From contig MU061748.1 in NCBI GenBank assembly GCA_013265495.1, positions 24,586,103 to 24,650,102 on the forward strand: a stretch of DNA of 64,000 nucleotides. The letters are read 5' to 3'. Below, in pieces: positions 23,859 through 36,720 of the stretch. Made by a program: the position numbers and the translations under genes. The notes below the pieces were generated by a model. That model made no database searches, had not been told where the DNA came from, and saw only the letters and a program-made list of their open reading frames with translations. The number at the start of each line of letters is the position of its first letter. Position 1 is the first letter of the stretch. Source of the stretch: Vicugna vicugna (lineage: Eukaryota).

Positions 23859-25149
23859 TCTTCACCATTAAAATGGTGTTAATAGTTCCTACCTTGAAGG
23901 TTTGCTGTGAGGAGTCAGCGAGTTAATAAATGTAAAGCACTTGGAATAGTAACCCCTATACAGAAAAGCTATGTGTTTGCTGCTGTTGATAATGTGTGTA
24001 TATCTGTATATACATATTACATCTAACACATATATCCCTTAGGGAAGGGAGGATGAAGATGCATTGTGTACATAGAAGGACATTTTGAATATTTTGGAAA
24101 GAGATTTGGGTGATTGTCAGTTCTGAATCAAGAATTACTGGAAAAGATAGGAAATTAATTGAAGTAGTGTGACTGAAAACAGCATTTTTAGCAAGTCTTC
24201 TTAAGAAATGCAGAGCCTTTTTTATTCTTGAAAGTAGAAAACATAAAAGCACTTTGAAGTTAGCCCTATAGAAGGAATTTCTTTGTTTTAGTCGGATAAC
24301 CAGAATTTTAACCTGTTTATAATGTAAATCCCTGGAGTTTGACTTCAGAATGTCATCATGACTTTCTGAAAGTAGAATAAACTACAGAATAGGAAAAAAA
24401 ACCCCACAAGTTAGGACTTTAATGCACTTGGTTCCTATGAAGAAAAGGGTGATTTGGATTATTTAGAGAAATATATTTTTTTTTCAGTGTTTCTAGTTGA
24501 GAAAATCTAATTTTTACCTACTAAAACACATGAGAAGCCTGAACAGTATTATGCAAATGGAGTTGGGTGACCCCTTAGTACAGACAACTTGGGAATAAGT
24601 GGCACTCTGCACTTGATTAGAACACACTAATCCTAGAAGGATATAAATTGAACTGGATTTATGGTCTAATAAAAACGTGGGAAGAAAAGATAGTGCTTAC
24701 TGATTCATGAAACTTTAACAACGTTTGCAAGATTTGGAGTTGTTGTAATATTTGGGTAAGAATGTTTCCCCATTAATCTCAAACAGCTTCCAGAGTGACT
24801 TGCGTCATGCTCATGCAGGGCGTGAAGCAGGCTTGGGACCTGTTACTGGGTGGTCTTTGGGTGCAGAGATCATCACCTGTTCCGCCCCTGTAGACCCGGG
24901 ACCTCAGGCAGCGCCAGCTGGTTTGGGCAAATGTGTATTGAGCACCTGTTAACTGTAAGTTCTGGGGAGCAAAAAAATCAGGTATGGGAAAGTCTCCCCC
25001 TCCCCCATGACATATTTCAATTCAGAAGGCCTTTTCTGAGGGCTCCTTATTTCTGGCCTGTATTTCCCTCTGTGATGGTATGAAAAAGCACATAGCACCT
25101 CACCCCCACCCACCCCTCCCCAGATACTCCAGCAAAGTACGGCCTGCCT

Positions 25150-25350
25150 GCCATAGTTATTCAGCCCCCAGGAGGCCTTGTGAGGTGCTTTACATACACT
25201 AATTTACTTAATCATAACAACTCCTTGAGGCGGGCATTATCATCCCTATTGGTCAAATGGGAAAGTTGAGGCTGAGACAGGTAAAGTAACTTGCCCATTG
25301 TCACACAGCTAATTACTAGAGAAGCCGGGTCTGTCTGGTTCCTGAATTTG
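25150..25350 (-). mobile_element. MIR SINE
   Basis: GGGAAAGTTGAGGCTGAGACAGGTAAAGTAACTTGCCCATTGTCACACAGCT. Confidence 0.8.
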
Positions 25351-25724
25351 TGTCTGTTTTTGTTCCAAAGCTGTGGCTCCTCGTTCCCTGCCTACTTTCA
25401 ACCTCCTTGCCTTTGCCTTGCAGTTACTTCTGTGTTAGGTTCGAGAGATACAAAGGCACCTTTACCCCCAGGGAAACCTCTCTTCTCCAGACTTACCTTC
25501 TGGGAAGCACCACTCAGGTCCTTCTCTGGGCTCCACGGCACGTGGTTACCACCTCATCATCACCCTCATTGCAACTTAGAAAGCAAAGTGGGGTCGGTTG
25601 GGTCTGACAGTGGGCAGATACTGGTCTTTTTCTCTGACTTGTGAGCTCTTTGGAAGTCAGGGACTGCGTCTTACTCATGATTTGCCAGCTCAACACCCAG
25701 TGCTATTCAATGAGACACTGTCGT

Positions 25725-25835
25725 CATTATTCCCATGTAACAGATGGGGAAACTGAGGCCTAGACGTTAAGTGCTTTAGTTGGGGTCATGCAGCTGGTAC
25801 GCAGCAGAGCTGGAGTCTGAATCCAGGATCAGTGC
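25725..25835 (-). mobile_element. MIR SINE
   Basis: CAGATGGGGAAACTGAGGCCTAGACGTTAAGTG...GAGCTGGAGTCTGAATCCAGG. Confidence 0.75.
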
Positions 25836-28800
25836 TTGTAACACTAAATTTGTTCCATCTCTCAGATGAAATTATAAACTGTGTGGGTGGACATGGTGCC
25901 CACCACCTCCTAGCCCGGTACCTCAGTCCAGTCACAGTGGGGATCAGCCCTCTTGTTCCTCCCACCCACCCTGGCAGAATGACAGACGGGATATATTGAA
26001 CCAGGCCTCGTCTCATGAGAAGGAAAGAGCTTCAGAGCCACGGTTGCAGAAATAGGCTCTGAGGATCTTACAGAATGCATATTCCCTGTTCTGATTCGGG
26101 GGTTACGGGGTGGGCAGGGTTGAACACTGAAATCTTTTCTGTCTAAGAGAATGGCTGTGAGGATGGAGCCACCAGGGAGGCAGCTTCTGAAAGACAAGGA
26201 ATGAAGTACCATGGTGCGTGTCAGCCACAGTGGTGGGAGTGGGCGATGCAGTGGCAGCAGGTCATCCATCAGCCAGACCCAGAAGGAGCCCATGGGAGGC
26301 TGGGATCAGAAACCCATCACAGAAAGACCTCTCACCTTGTATTTTTAAGATTTGTAAGTACCTGCTCCTTTTGAATGTGCTGGTGGGATTTTATCTGATG
26401 AATTCAAACACTTTCATTTTCTTCAGAGCTCCCATCTTTGAGGTACCCAAAAATAGTAGGCTTTTCATGGAGTTGTATAAGGATTCCATCTGCTTTATAC
26501 CGAAAAGTAGGGCTTTAATGGAAAATTAAAAATGAGCCAGATCGCCTTTCCCACGACAAAGCCCGGGGCACTTTTCCCAATCCTTTCTTCTTTTAATCCC
26601 CAGAAAAAGTTACTGAATCTGTATTTCTGTGAAATCCTGTCCAATTTGAATTCTACCGAGAAGGCAAATAAACACCAACGAGTTCCTTCATTTCTACACA
26701 TTGTAGTATCTGTTTGGAAGCAAAAACAATTTCAGATGTTGTCACTTGTGAAATTTGATTTTTATTTCAATTTTAACTTTATTCCAGAAATTGTATGATA
26801 TGTTGCCTGTAGCTGGGCACACGGGCACAAAGGTATTTGAAAAGCACTGATTTCCATGGAAGGTTTCTTGTCTGCTTTCAGAGTTTGCAGAGGTTCACCC
26901 TTTTATTGTCTAGTTCATTGTCTGACCTAGAAATACAAACAGCCCCTCATGGTTTTCAGATACAGGAGTTGAGACATCAGCGAACTCTCACACTCTGTCA
27001 TTCTCTCTCTCTCTCATCAGCATCTCCTGCTTGAAGACGCCAGTTCTATGGCTGTACTTTGTGTGCACCTTTGCCCGATCGATATTCTTTTGATATGTTA
27101 TGTCCTCCAGGCTCTCCCGTGGTTTGCAAATAATGATTCCATTTGTTTCACTCCTATGCGTTCCAGCTTGAATTGAGGAGGTGTTGATCCATGTCATAAT
27201 GGATGTGCTGGCTGATGTAGACACTGGCTCTTTTGCCTTGTCCCTTTACTAACAACCTAATGAATGGGAGAAAGGCCAACGTCCTTAGCCTGGCATTCAG
27301 GGCCTCCCTCCCCACCCCCATCTCCACCTTCTGAGTTCTACCTGGCTCTCTTCCTTCACCATCACACTGACACTTGAATCGCCAGATGTCACCCTGCTAT
27401 CTTGTTAGTATGAACAGTCCGACTTCTGTTCTCCTTTCCTGGACTCCCAAGTACTTCCTTTCCCTGGGGACTCTATCCTTTTCTCAAGGCACCGCTGGAA
27501 TCCCAGCTCCAGGAAACTTCCCCTCGCCTCCTCATTCTCTTGCATTCAACATTTTTATTACCTTCTAATAAGTGATGCTTTATGTTGTTAGTTAAATTCT
27601 AATATGAGGAATCCAAGGCGCAGTGAATTTTTGTGACTAGCCTGAGGTCATACATCCTGTTGCTCATTTAGTTTAGACTAGAATCCAGGTCTCCTAGAAA
27701 TCTATATATTTGGGTCCTGTCTTCTCAGAGATCATTGTTCTCATATGTGCAAAAATGTTGTCTGCTGCCTCCCCCTTTTTGTCCCCCTATGGCATGTAGC
27801 GTGCTGTCACTCATGGTACAGCGACTCAGCAGGTGTTTACTCAACTGGGCCCTGGGGCAGGGCACCGGGACATGCAGCTAGTGTCCTGGCCATCTGTGGG
27901 GCTAGGCTGGCATCTTCTTGGACACTGAGCTTCTGTCACTTCTAATGGCACCAGATTCACTTTCTCCAGACCTTTAAAGTTTAGGTTTGCAGACTGTCCT
28001 AGACGGTTGTAGGAAAATCACTGTATTCTGAGAATGGTATGTGTTCAAAGATCTTTTGTCCATAATCTTGAGCATTCTGTTAAAAGTTTAGGGTGGCCAG
28101 GGAAATAGTTATTTCTTTGCTCTCTGCCATCAGGTTTTCACCAACAAGATTTTCACTAAAAACAATAGTAAGTTACCAATAGTACACAATGACATCCCAG
28201 GTCGGGGGAATGCAGAATGTTTCAAAATCTGGAGGAAATTGGAATACAAGTAATAGAAGAGGGAAGAGTAGCAGATTAGACCAACAGTGTTGTGCCTGAA
28301 AGTCCATGAGGCCTGGGAGAACTGGAGAAGGCAGGTGCTCACCTGCCACGCACCTACCCATTTCTGGACCTCTCAGAGTAGCATTTAACTGAGTCCCACA
28401 GCCACATGAAACCCAGATTTGGCTGTGGGAGTACCTTCTTCTCCATGCATTCATTTTGTTCACTTGGTGTTTCACCATCTGAAGAATCTCCTTAGCAGGG
28501 AAGGACGGTTCCATCCTAGACTTAAGGTTCTACAAAGTAAGGTTCTACAAATTAACACTGTGTCCCAACCACAGCCTCTGTTCGTATATCTTTCAAAAGG
28601 ATGACTGAAAATAAGCCTTACAAAATGTTTTCCATGTTTGGAGGGAGGGACTACTTGAGTCATTTCTGTAACAAAAGACACAACAGGCCATGTTTGTCAG
28701 CCCTCGTTACGAGTCTTCTTGGCTCCCTGTGAAAAGCTCTCTGTGATTCCTCATTAATGGGTTCCCCTGCCTCACCCTCACCTGGTTGCCACGTTTAATG

Positions 28801-30214
28801 TATCTGAGGGATGGAGAGCTTTAAAAACACCTTCTGTGGATGTAGACCAACTGCTGAAGCCATGAGGGGAAGGGGCAGACCTAATGCTTCACTGTTGTTT
28901 GAAATGCCCTTGTGGTCTTTGGAAAGTGGTTGTGAACTTGTTTCCTTCCTTAGCCACACGCTGTCTGTGCTTTTCCTGCCCACCTCCCCACTACCACAAC
29001 CACCACCTGAAATGTGGCGATCATACGCCACTGACAAAAATGCACTTTCCCCTTGGCCGGCATATAATGTCACCACTTCATGTATTTGTCCAGTTTGTTC
29101 ACATTCAGTCAGTTTTGTACATGTCAGTGTCAGTATTGTCCATTTTCAGCAGCTAGCTTCCAGAAGGCTGAAGTGCACCTCGCTTAATTTGCTTTGTGCC
29201 ATGTAACACTACTCTAAACCATGCATTTATTAAATGCTTGTTGACTATGATTCTAAGCTGCCAAGTTGGGAGGTCTTACAAGTGTTTTCAGTACTTCTGG
29301 AATGAGATGCATCTGGAGTAAATTTTCATCTTGGAGATTATACATCAAATCCTCTGCACCAATAGACCCGCAGAGTCATGGGTTAGAATCCAGCCTTTGC
29401 ACATAATGTTTTAGGTTCCGCCTTATGTTTTACCCCCTTGGGTGCAAATGCAACGATCCCAGTTTCTAATTCCGTCAGTGAGTTTGGGCCAAAGCACGGA
29501 TAATGTGCTATAGCACATCCTTCTTTTCGTATAAGTGTGTTCGACTATTTAATTCCTGGTGTCTTACGGTTATTGTTCAGCAGATTCCTGATTTCAGAGA
29601 GCTCAGAGTTGGAAGTAGCTCTCTACAGGGGTGAGAATTGCTCAGGGCAGGCCAGTGAGGTGTGGCTGGGAAGAACCTCTCAGGACTGCAGTGTAATGAG
29701 CAGAACCACATGCCCCTGCAGGTGCCAGGAGCTCCTGGGAAGCTCTGGTTAGTTTATGCCTAAGTGTGATACAAGGAGAACTGGTGCTTGGAAAACTGTA
29801 TCCCCAAACATTCTCTGATTGTACCTCAGCCCAGCTCTGCTATATGGGGAAGAGTCCAGTGTCGGAAAGTGTTAAGAGCCCCCAATCTGGGGGACCCAAG
29901 GCAAGCCCCGTGCTTCCCTGAGCTCACATCCCTGGCTTGTAACAGTGGTTCTGTTTCCAGGGGACCAGCTTCCACCCCCACAACAGTGCACCCACGCACT
30001 TGAGATACAGAATTGTCACTGTGGGAGGAGCTTGGCTCTGTGCTCCCCACAAGGACACTCAGCTGGGCTCTGAGCACCTCCTGGATGAGCTTGAGCATAG
30101 GAAGGATCCACTAAAGAGGGTGATGTTGGTGAGGCTGAGGTGGGGTAATGGATGGAAGGGGATCAGCAGAGAGCTGGTGGGGGGCAAGATCATGTTACGT
30201 GTGGAAGGAGCCTT

Positions 30215-30692
30215 TGAATTAGTTTCCTGTGGCTGCCGTGATGAATCTCCATGTACTGAATGGCTTAGAACAACAGGACATTTTCTCTCACAGCTCTGGA
30301 ATCCAGAAACCTTGAAATTAAGGTTGATTCTTGAAATTAAGGTAGGGTTGGTTCCTTCTGGAGGCTGTGAGGAAGACACTGTTTCAGGCCTCTTTCCTAA
30401 CTTCTGGTGGCTGCCAGCAATCTTTGGCTTGTAGACGTATCTGCACAATTTCTGCCTCCATCTTCACATGGTATTCTCCTCTGTGTGTCTTTATGTGGCC
30501 TTCTCTTATAGGGACACTGGTTACTGGATTTAGAGCTCACCCTAATCCAAGATGATCTCATCTTTAAGGGAGAGATCACTTAAACTTAATTATATCTACA
30601 AAGACCCCTTTTCCTTATAAGGTCACAGTCATGGGTTCCAGATGGACATATGGCCAGGGTTAGGGAGTGCAGCCACCATTCAGCCCACTGTA
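30215..30692 (-). mobile_element. MaLR solo LTR (MLT1B/C/D-like)
   Basis: TGAATTAGTTTCCTGTGGCTGCC...CACCATTCAGCCCACTGTA; 5-bp TSD GCCTT/GCCCT. Confidence 0.85.
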
Positions 30693-32824
30693 GCCCTCAA
30701 AAGGATAAAAATTAGCAGTAACTCAAGGGAGAAGGAAAAGAAGAGAGATATTTGCAAGTCTGAATGCCTACTAAAGGGCGGGCACAGGGCTTTACATGCG
30801 TGATTTTTAACTATCGCTGCAAGATAGGTAAAGATTAACAGTGAAATTTTTATGTGAAGAGAAGTTCAAAGGCATGGAGTATCCTGAAACTTTTCAGTAA
30901 ACTTTTCAGTAAAATTGGAGGCTGAGCCCTTAGGAAGATGGAAGATTTGGAGATGGGAGGGGGACTTGGAGAATCTAGAAAAAAATCTAAACAGCTATGA
31001 AAATATAGGATAATGTGTTAATAGATGGATTAAAGCGTGTTACAGAGAAACAGTGAGGCCCCTTTGGAATTTGTAAGTATTTTTAATACGTTGCTTTAGC
31101 TCAGTTTTGTGACTTGACTTAGTACTACTTGTCACTTTGGAATGGAATATTTGACCTTCTGGTGACCTAGAGTTGAGAGCTGATTTGAAGAGTTAAATGA
31201 GGAAGATGTTCTAAGAGACTGAAGAAAACAATTGAATCAGCTGAAAGTAGGGTTCAAGCTGGATTAGGGAGTGAGCTGGAATTGGGATGATGGTTAAAGC
31301 AGGAAGGATCCAGGTTTGAGGAATTTGATGGGTGAACACAGCAGATATGGAGGAGGAGAGGCAAAGGGCAGAAGGCCCTGGAAAGAGGCAGCCCTGGGAA
31401 GTGGAGAGTTACAAATGATGTTGAACAAGGGCAACTTCCTGTTGAATAGGTCCATTCAGCAGTAGAATAGAAATTATGGACATTACTCCTGGAACAAAGA
31501 ATTCAACAAAATGAAAGCCACAGCCCCCTTTTTGCCCTTGGTTCAAATTATGTATAAATAGTGTCTTCTAGAAAAATGACATGTCAGTACGCTGCACTTT
31601 TAAAAAATCCTGAATGAGTGTTCTGGGACCTCTGAGACCTTGCATTATGACCAGCTGGTTTAATGGAGATAATATTTTGAACTGGTATTCAATTTACTTT
31701 CCCCTCCTTCCAATTCTTGTTGCCCTGGGAGTCTCCCCCATTGAGGCTAAGGATTCCATTACTTCATGGGGGAGAACAGAGTATGGTCTAAGACAAAGAA
31801 GACGTTGTTCAGCTTCTGACTTCCAAAACAGGACCTTGAAGCATGTTTCAGAGACCGGAGCTAGCCCAGGCCTTCATTTAAAAGAGGCAGGCTTTGTTAG
31901 AAGAAAAATGATTTGTGGATTCCAAAGAGCCAGATCTCAGAAGACGTGGCATATATTGTACAGTCAGCCATGCAGGGTGGCGAGGCACCAGGAAGGAGGA
32001 AATACCTTCCTGGGTTGGCGGATGCAGCTTGCAGGGATGTGGAGGAGACTAGAGATAAGAAATGAACGGGTCACTGAGATCCCCCACTCCAGGTGGGTGG
32101 AGGAGAACCTGCACGGAGAAAGCCCTGGTACCCTGCCCCTGGTCTGGAACTTGGGAAGAAAGCTGCGTGGGAGTGGGCCCTGCAGTGGGGCATGTTTAGG
32201 CAGATACTGCCTTGAGATGATGCTTCCTCCCCCAAGTCTCCAAAGCTTTCACATGACGTAGGAGAAATTCCAAGTCCTGCAGGCCCCCTAGGATAGCCCT
32301 AGGGGTGGAGGGGCTGAGGGAGCATGGTGGGAGAGGGTCAGAATGAAGAGAACATAAAATGAACTGTGCCAGTCTCACGGCTGAGGGCTGACTGGGCTTG
32401 TGGCTGCAGATATCCACCAGTCACCTCAGCCGAACCAGGCCAACATCCCAAAGCCAAGGGATGAGACATCCGGGGGAGACCAGTGAGGGCTTGGAGGGCA
32501 GTGCCTGGTCCAGATCCTTTCACCATCATGTGGTGGTCTGTAATCTCCCCACAGTGGGAAGGAAGGAGAGGGAGAGGAACACAGCTCTGAGAGGGGCTCA
32601 ATTTGACTAATTGCCTTGAAGCAATGAAAATTTTCAATCTGAAGAGATTAGGTTATCCTGAAGGAGCAGGATTGTGTTTTGTACCATAAGCAGAAATGCA
32701 GTGGTCATGATCAAGTTGAACTCAACTATGGGGAAATGAAGTAGCATCTTTTGCATACAGCTGAGTACTAAGTGTAAATTTCAGACCTTCCGCATTGCAT
32801 GGGAGCTGTATTTTAATATAATGA

Positions 32825-32851
32825 TGGTGGTGGTGGTGGTGGTGGTGGTGG
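32825..32851. repeat. (TGG)9 microsatellite
   Basis: Seen directly. Confidence 0.9.
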
Positions 32852-34840
32852 CAAACTTGCTTACTTGTATTCGTAAAGAATACTTTTCCCTTTGGGCAAA
32901 TTGTGGTTTGGCATACCTGTACTAGGTTCATTTTGGGCAAGAAGTGGGAAGATCTGTCCTCTCAAGGAGCAGAGCTGTCCACCGGATATCCCAAAGGTTA
33001 GCATAGATTTTATCTTCCCCATTGTTCCTCCTAGTTCCCTGGAGGGAAGGACCTCAGTTGCTGTGGAGGTCTCAGGTCAGTGGTAAATATTAGAATTTCA
33101 GGCCTTTCTCTAATGAACTTAACTGTGATGCTGGAGACTAGAGGAGAATTTGTACTGGGTATGATTCTTCAGTTCCATATTTTAAAGATACCAGAGTGAA
33201 TACTAGAAATTACAGTCTCTGACTGACACTATAGGAGAGAAGCTCTTCATTTATATTCCATCCTCATGTACTAAATAAAGCATGAATTTATGAAGGGATT
33301 CATTTCCAAGTATAATTCATAAGTAGTTACCAGAGCACGCAAATGAAGGGGGGGGGAACCAGTTAGCTCTTTATAAATACATTTTATCTCTCTTTGACAT
33401 TCATACAAGGATGATGCTGCATTTAAGAAGATGTTTTAAAACCTCTGTTTCTTGAAATTCCTAGTAATTTGGAAGGGGAATCTTGAATCTTGCTTTTAAA
33501 AGCGTGCGTTTTGGTGGCGTGGAGCGAGGTGGGAAGTTGCCTGTTGGGATACTGCTTATGTATTTTCCTACTAGAAAATTACTATGGCGCTTTGAACACA
33601 TCTTCTCAAAACATAAATACATCTCATATTTTCCCTCAGGGGGAGCCAAGAGAGCTAGAGATGGGGGACCACAACATTTATTTATTAAAATAATTTAAAT
33701 TATAGAACTTAAAAAAAGTTGATTTGTTAACTGATACTATTTTCATAATATTTTAAAACCTTTGAAATAGTTCTATTCAAAATCTCCTCAAATATAAAAT
33801 TTCAAATAATTAAAAACATGTCCCTATACATTAGAACAACAAAAAAAACTTTTCATGCTGATTATCTAAACAATAAAAAGAACATAAGACAATAATTATT
33901 CTTGATGCATATTGATTTATTTTTGTCAGTTTTTTAGCCATATGTTTCTAATACTCATGTCACTATTATTTTTATGAAGAATGATTTATTTTTAATTTTC
34001 TCATAGAGTTGCCTGCAGTCTCCTTCAAAGCTGTGTTTTATAATTAATATTTGAAACCATTACTATCTTCAGTTGGCATTTATGTATACATCATAAAATT
34101 TTTAACTGAAAATAGCTCACTCTACAGACACACATAAGCACAAAGCAAATTCTGCTAAAAGGAGGCTTTTCTTAGTCTAATTTTTTTTCATACTGGAATG
34201 TATAAATATTTTAGCCTAAATATTTTCACAGGTCCCCATTCAAGATTCTTATCCCCAATAAATATTTTTATAAGACAAAACTCATGAAAATAAGTTTCTC
34301 TATGGCCCTTTTGAATGTTTCATCACATTTAGCAGACACAGGATCATAGATTATTCATCATTTCACTCCACTGTGGTACAGAATATAAATGTGTCCAATT
34401 AAAACCACCATTAAAATGTTGCCACAAGTTGAGATACCCCAAAACATCCGTAATGCAGTTTCAGAATTAAATCTTGGACACCTGAGTTGTCTAATATAAT
34501 GTGTTTAGTGCCTGCCTTTGCTTTTGTTGGGACAAATTTTAACATCTTCTGTTTGCAAGCCTTGTTTTCAGTAACTGCAGTTGGTTAAAAGCTTTTTTTT
34601 AAAAAAAAAAACAAAAAACCCCCAAAAAACCTGCAGTATTGTGGTGCTCCATTCACTACTTTGATCAAAGATTTCCAACTGTTTTGGAACAGAACATACC
34701 CAGACTTGACAGGATTCATTCACGTCCCATTACGGCACACCTTGGCTGATTTAGAGTGGTTTCTCAAACGGTTCTAAAACCTAGTTGATGGTGACAGGTA
34801 GCAGAATAGAAGACATGTACTACCATGCTGAAGTGGTTTT

Positions 34841-34856
34841 TGTGTGTGTGTGTGTG
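34841..34856. repeat. (TG)8 microsatellite
   Basis: Seen directly. Confidence 0.9.
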
Positions 34857-36389
34857 TTCACAAAACAACGCTTTATCCCATAAATTTTGTAGTTTAGTTT
34901 TTCTACCTACTTGTCAACTTTTACATCTATAGTTCCTTCTGTATTTGGTAGGATATAACCACTTGCTTGAATGCAATTATAAATTATGCATATGCCATAG
35001 TCACCTCAAATAACTTTCTGCTCCACAGGTTTCTTGATTTAATAAGGAAAATTATTTGTAGCATCACAAAATTTGTACTTGCATTCTGCAGAAACAAATA
35101 ATTTCATCTCTTGTATTAAACTTTTGACAGATTACAGTAGCATTCATACTAGCATGAGATGTTTCACCTGTGACGGAATGAACTTCCACAAGCTTTATTT
35201 GATCCCAGGAAACAGATGGGAAAAAAATCAAACCATAATTGGAATTAATTGAGTTTTCTGTTTAAAACATCTATTAATACTAACGTGCAACTGAATCATT
35301 TGTGCAATTTTTTTCCTTCTGCTAATGAAACCAACACATTAAAGCCATCACTTCACTTTCTGTATGTGCAACAAAAAATCTGAACTTGAAAATAAGCGAA
35401 ACCAACACAGAATATCAGTCATTTGATCTAAAAGAAAAGTCATGCTTCCTGGAGTGTTACGTCAGTGAACCTTCCATAGCTGCCTGTGTTAAATTGTCAT
35501 CCTTGGGCACAATCTTATTACAGTGACTGTTAACATTTGAAGTAGTACTGATGCTTCTGTAGCAGACTGGTATTAAGTAGTGAATGATATCACTAAGGCT
35601 CTCATGGTGGATAATAAATACCAACGAACATTTTGTGTGAGCTAACATTCATCATCAGCTTTCTTAAATAACAAAAATTCAGTAATTTTTAATTTAATCT
35701 GCATTTTTTTCTTTTTTAGCCCATTGCTGCTGAAAGGGAAAGTGCAAAGTAGAATAAAATAACCATCAATAAATGACACTATGAGAGATTCGTAGCATTC
35801 TAGAGAAGTGCTGTTTCCTGCAGATATTTCACTTACACCCAACCTGTGATTTTCTGTTTCCCATGAATCCTTCTGACCAGTGTTTGTGCATCTCAGCCGC
35901 AACATGGGTCAGTGCAGCTGGTCAGTGCATCCGGTACCTGGAAGGGGTGTTACCAGTCGAGGCTGGGAGGAGTTGGTTGCCCCAGCAACTCATGTCCAAG
36001 TGCTCTTTATTTTACTGGTGAGCATCCTGCCTGTTTTCCTTGAAAGAGAGGTGTTCACTTCAGCCAAGGTTGGAACAGGACCGGCAAAGAGGTGGATCAT
36101 CATTGGTGACCATTCAGACTTCCACTTTAAGATGAAAATTCTCTTCACTCGCCAGTTGTCTTACTCACTGGTCGGCAAGACCATGGCTGAAGCTGGAAGG
36201 GCAAAGTAGAGGTCACCAAAGCCAATCTTGGTGCATTTTAATGCAACTGTTAAGAACAGTACCTGGTTTAAAAAATGAAACATCTGGACAAAAGCTTCGT
36301 CTGAGGGGCTGCTGGGACCAAAAGTGTAATCTAGCACTTGCACAGACAAGCCAAAGCGTGAGGTCACCCTAGTTAGAGATCGCATTTGT

Positions 36390-36720
36390 CCATCCGCTTT
36401 GTACTGTCCGCTCTTGTCTGGACTGTTCTGATAACATTACCTCTCTGCCCTCCTCTGTTGACTTCCAGTCCGACTTCCCACGACAGCTGAGCGAGATTTT
36501 TAAAATCCCCGAGAGATTACATTGCTGGGTAACACCCCTCAGGATCGTCCTCTAGCAGTTAGAATAAAGTTGAGCTCTTCACCATGGCTTAGGAAGCCTT
36601 TTAAGCTCCCACCCACCTAGCTGGCCCCGCTAGATTTTAAGCTTCCAGGTGCCACGTGCCTTGCTTGTCTGTCGTCTTCGCCAGTGTGGTTCGTGAGAGC
36701 CACTCAATATATTTCCTCAA
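36390..36720 (+). mobile_element. L2 fragment
   Basis: CTCTTGTCTGGACTG...AGAATAAAGTTGAGCTCTTCACCATGGC. Confidence 0.55.

Noticed and set aside
32722-32940. ORF with a poly-His run
   Set aside because: Translation of the (TGG)9 microsatellite.
33700-34340. AT-rich stretch resembling a decayed hAT DNA transposon
   Set aside because: No TIR pair or TSD that I could verify.
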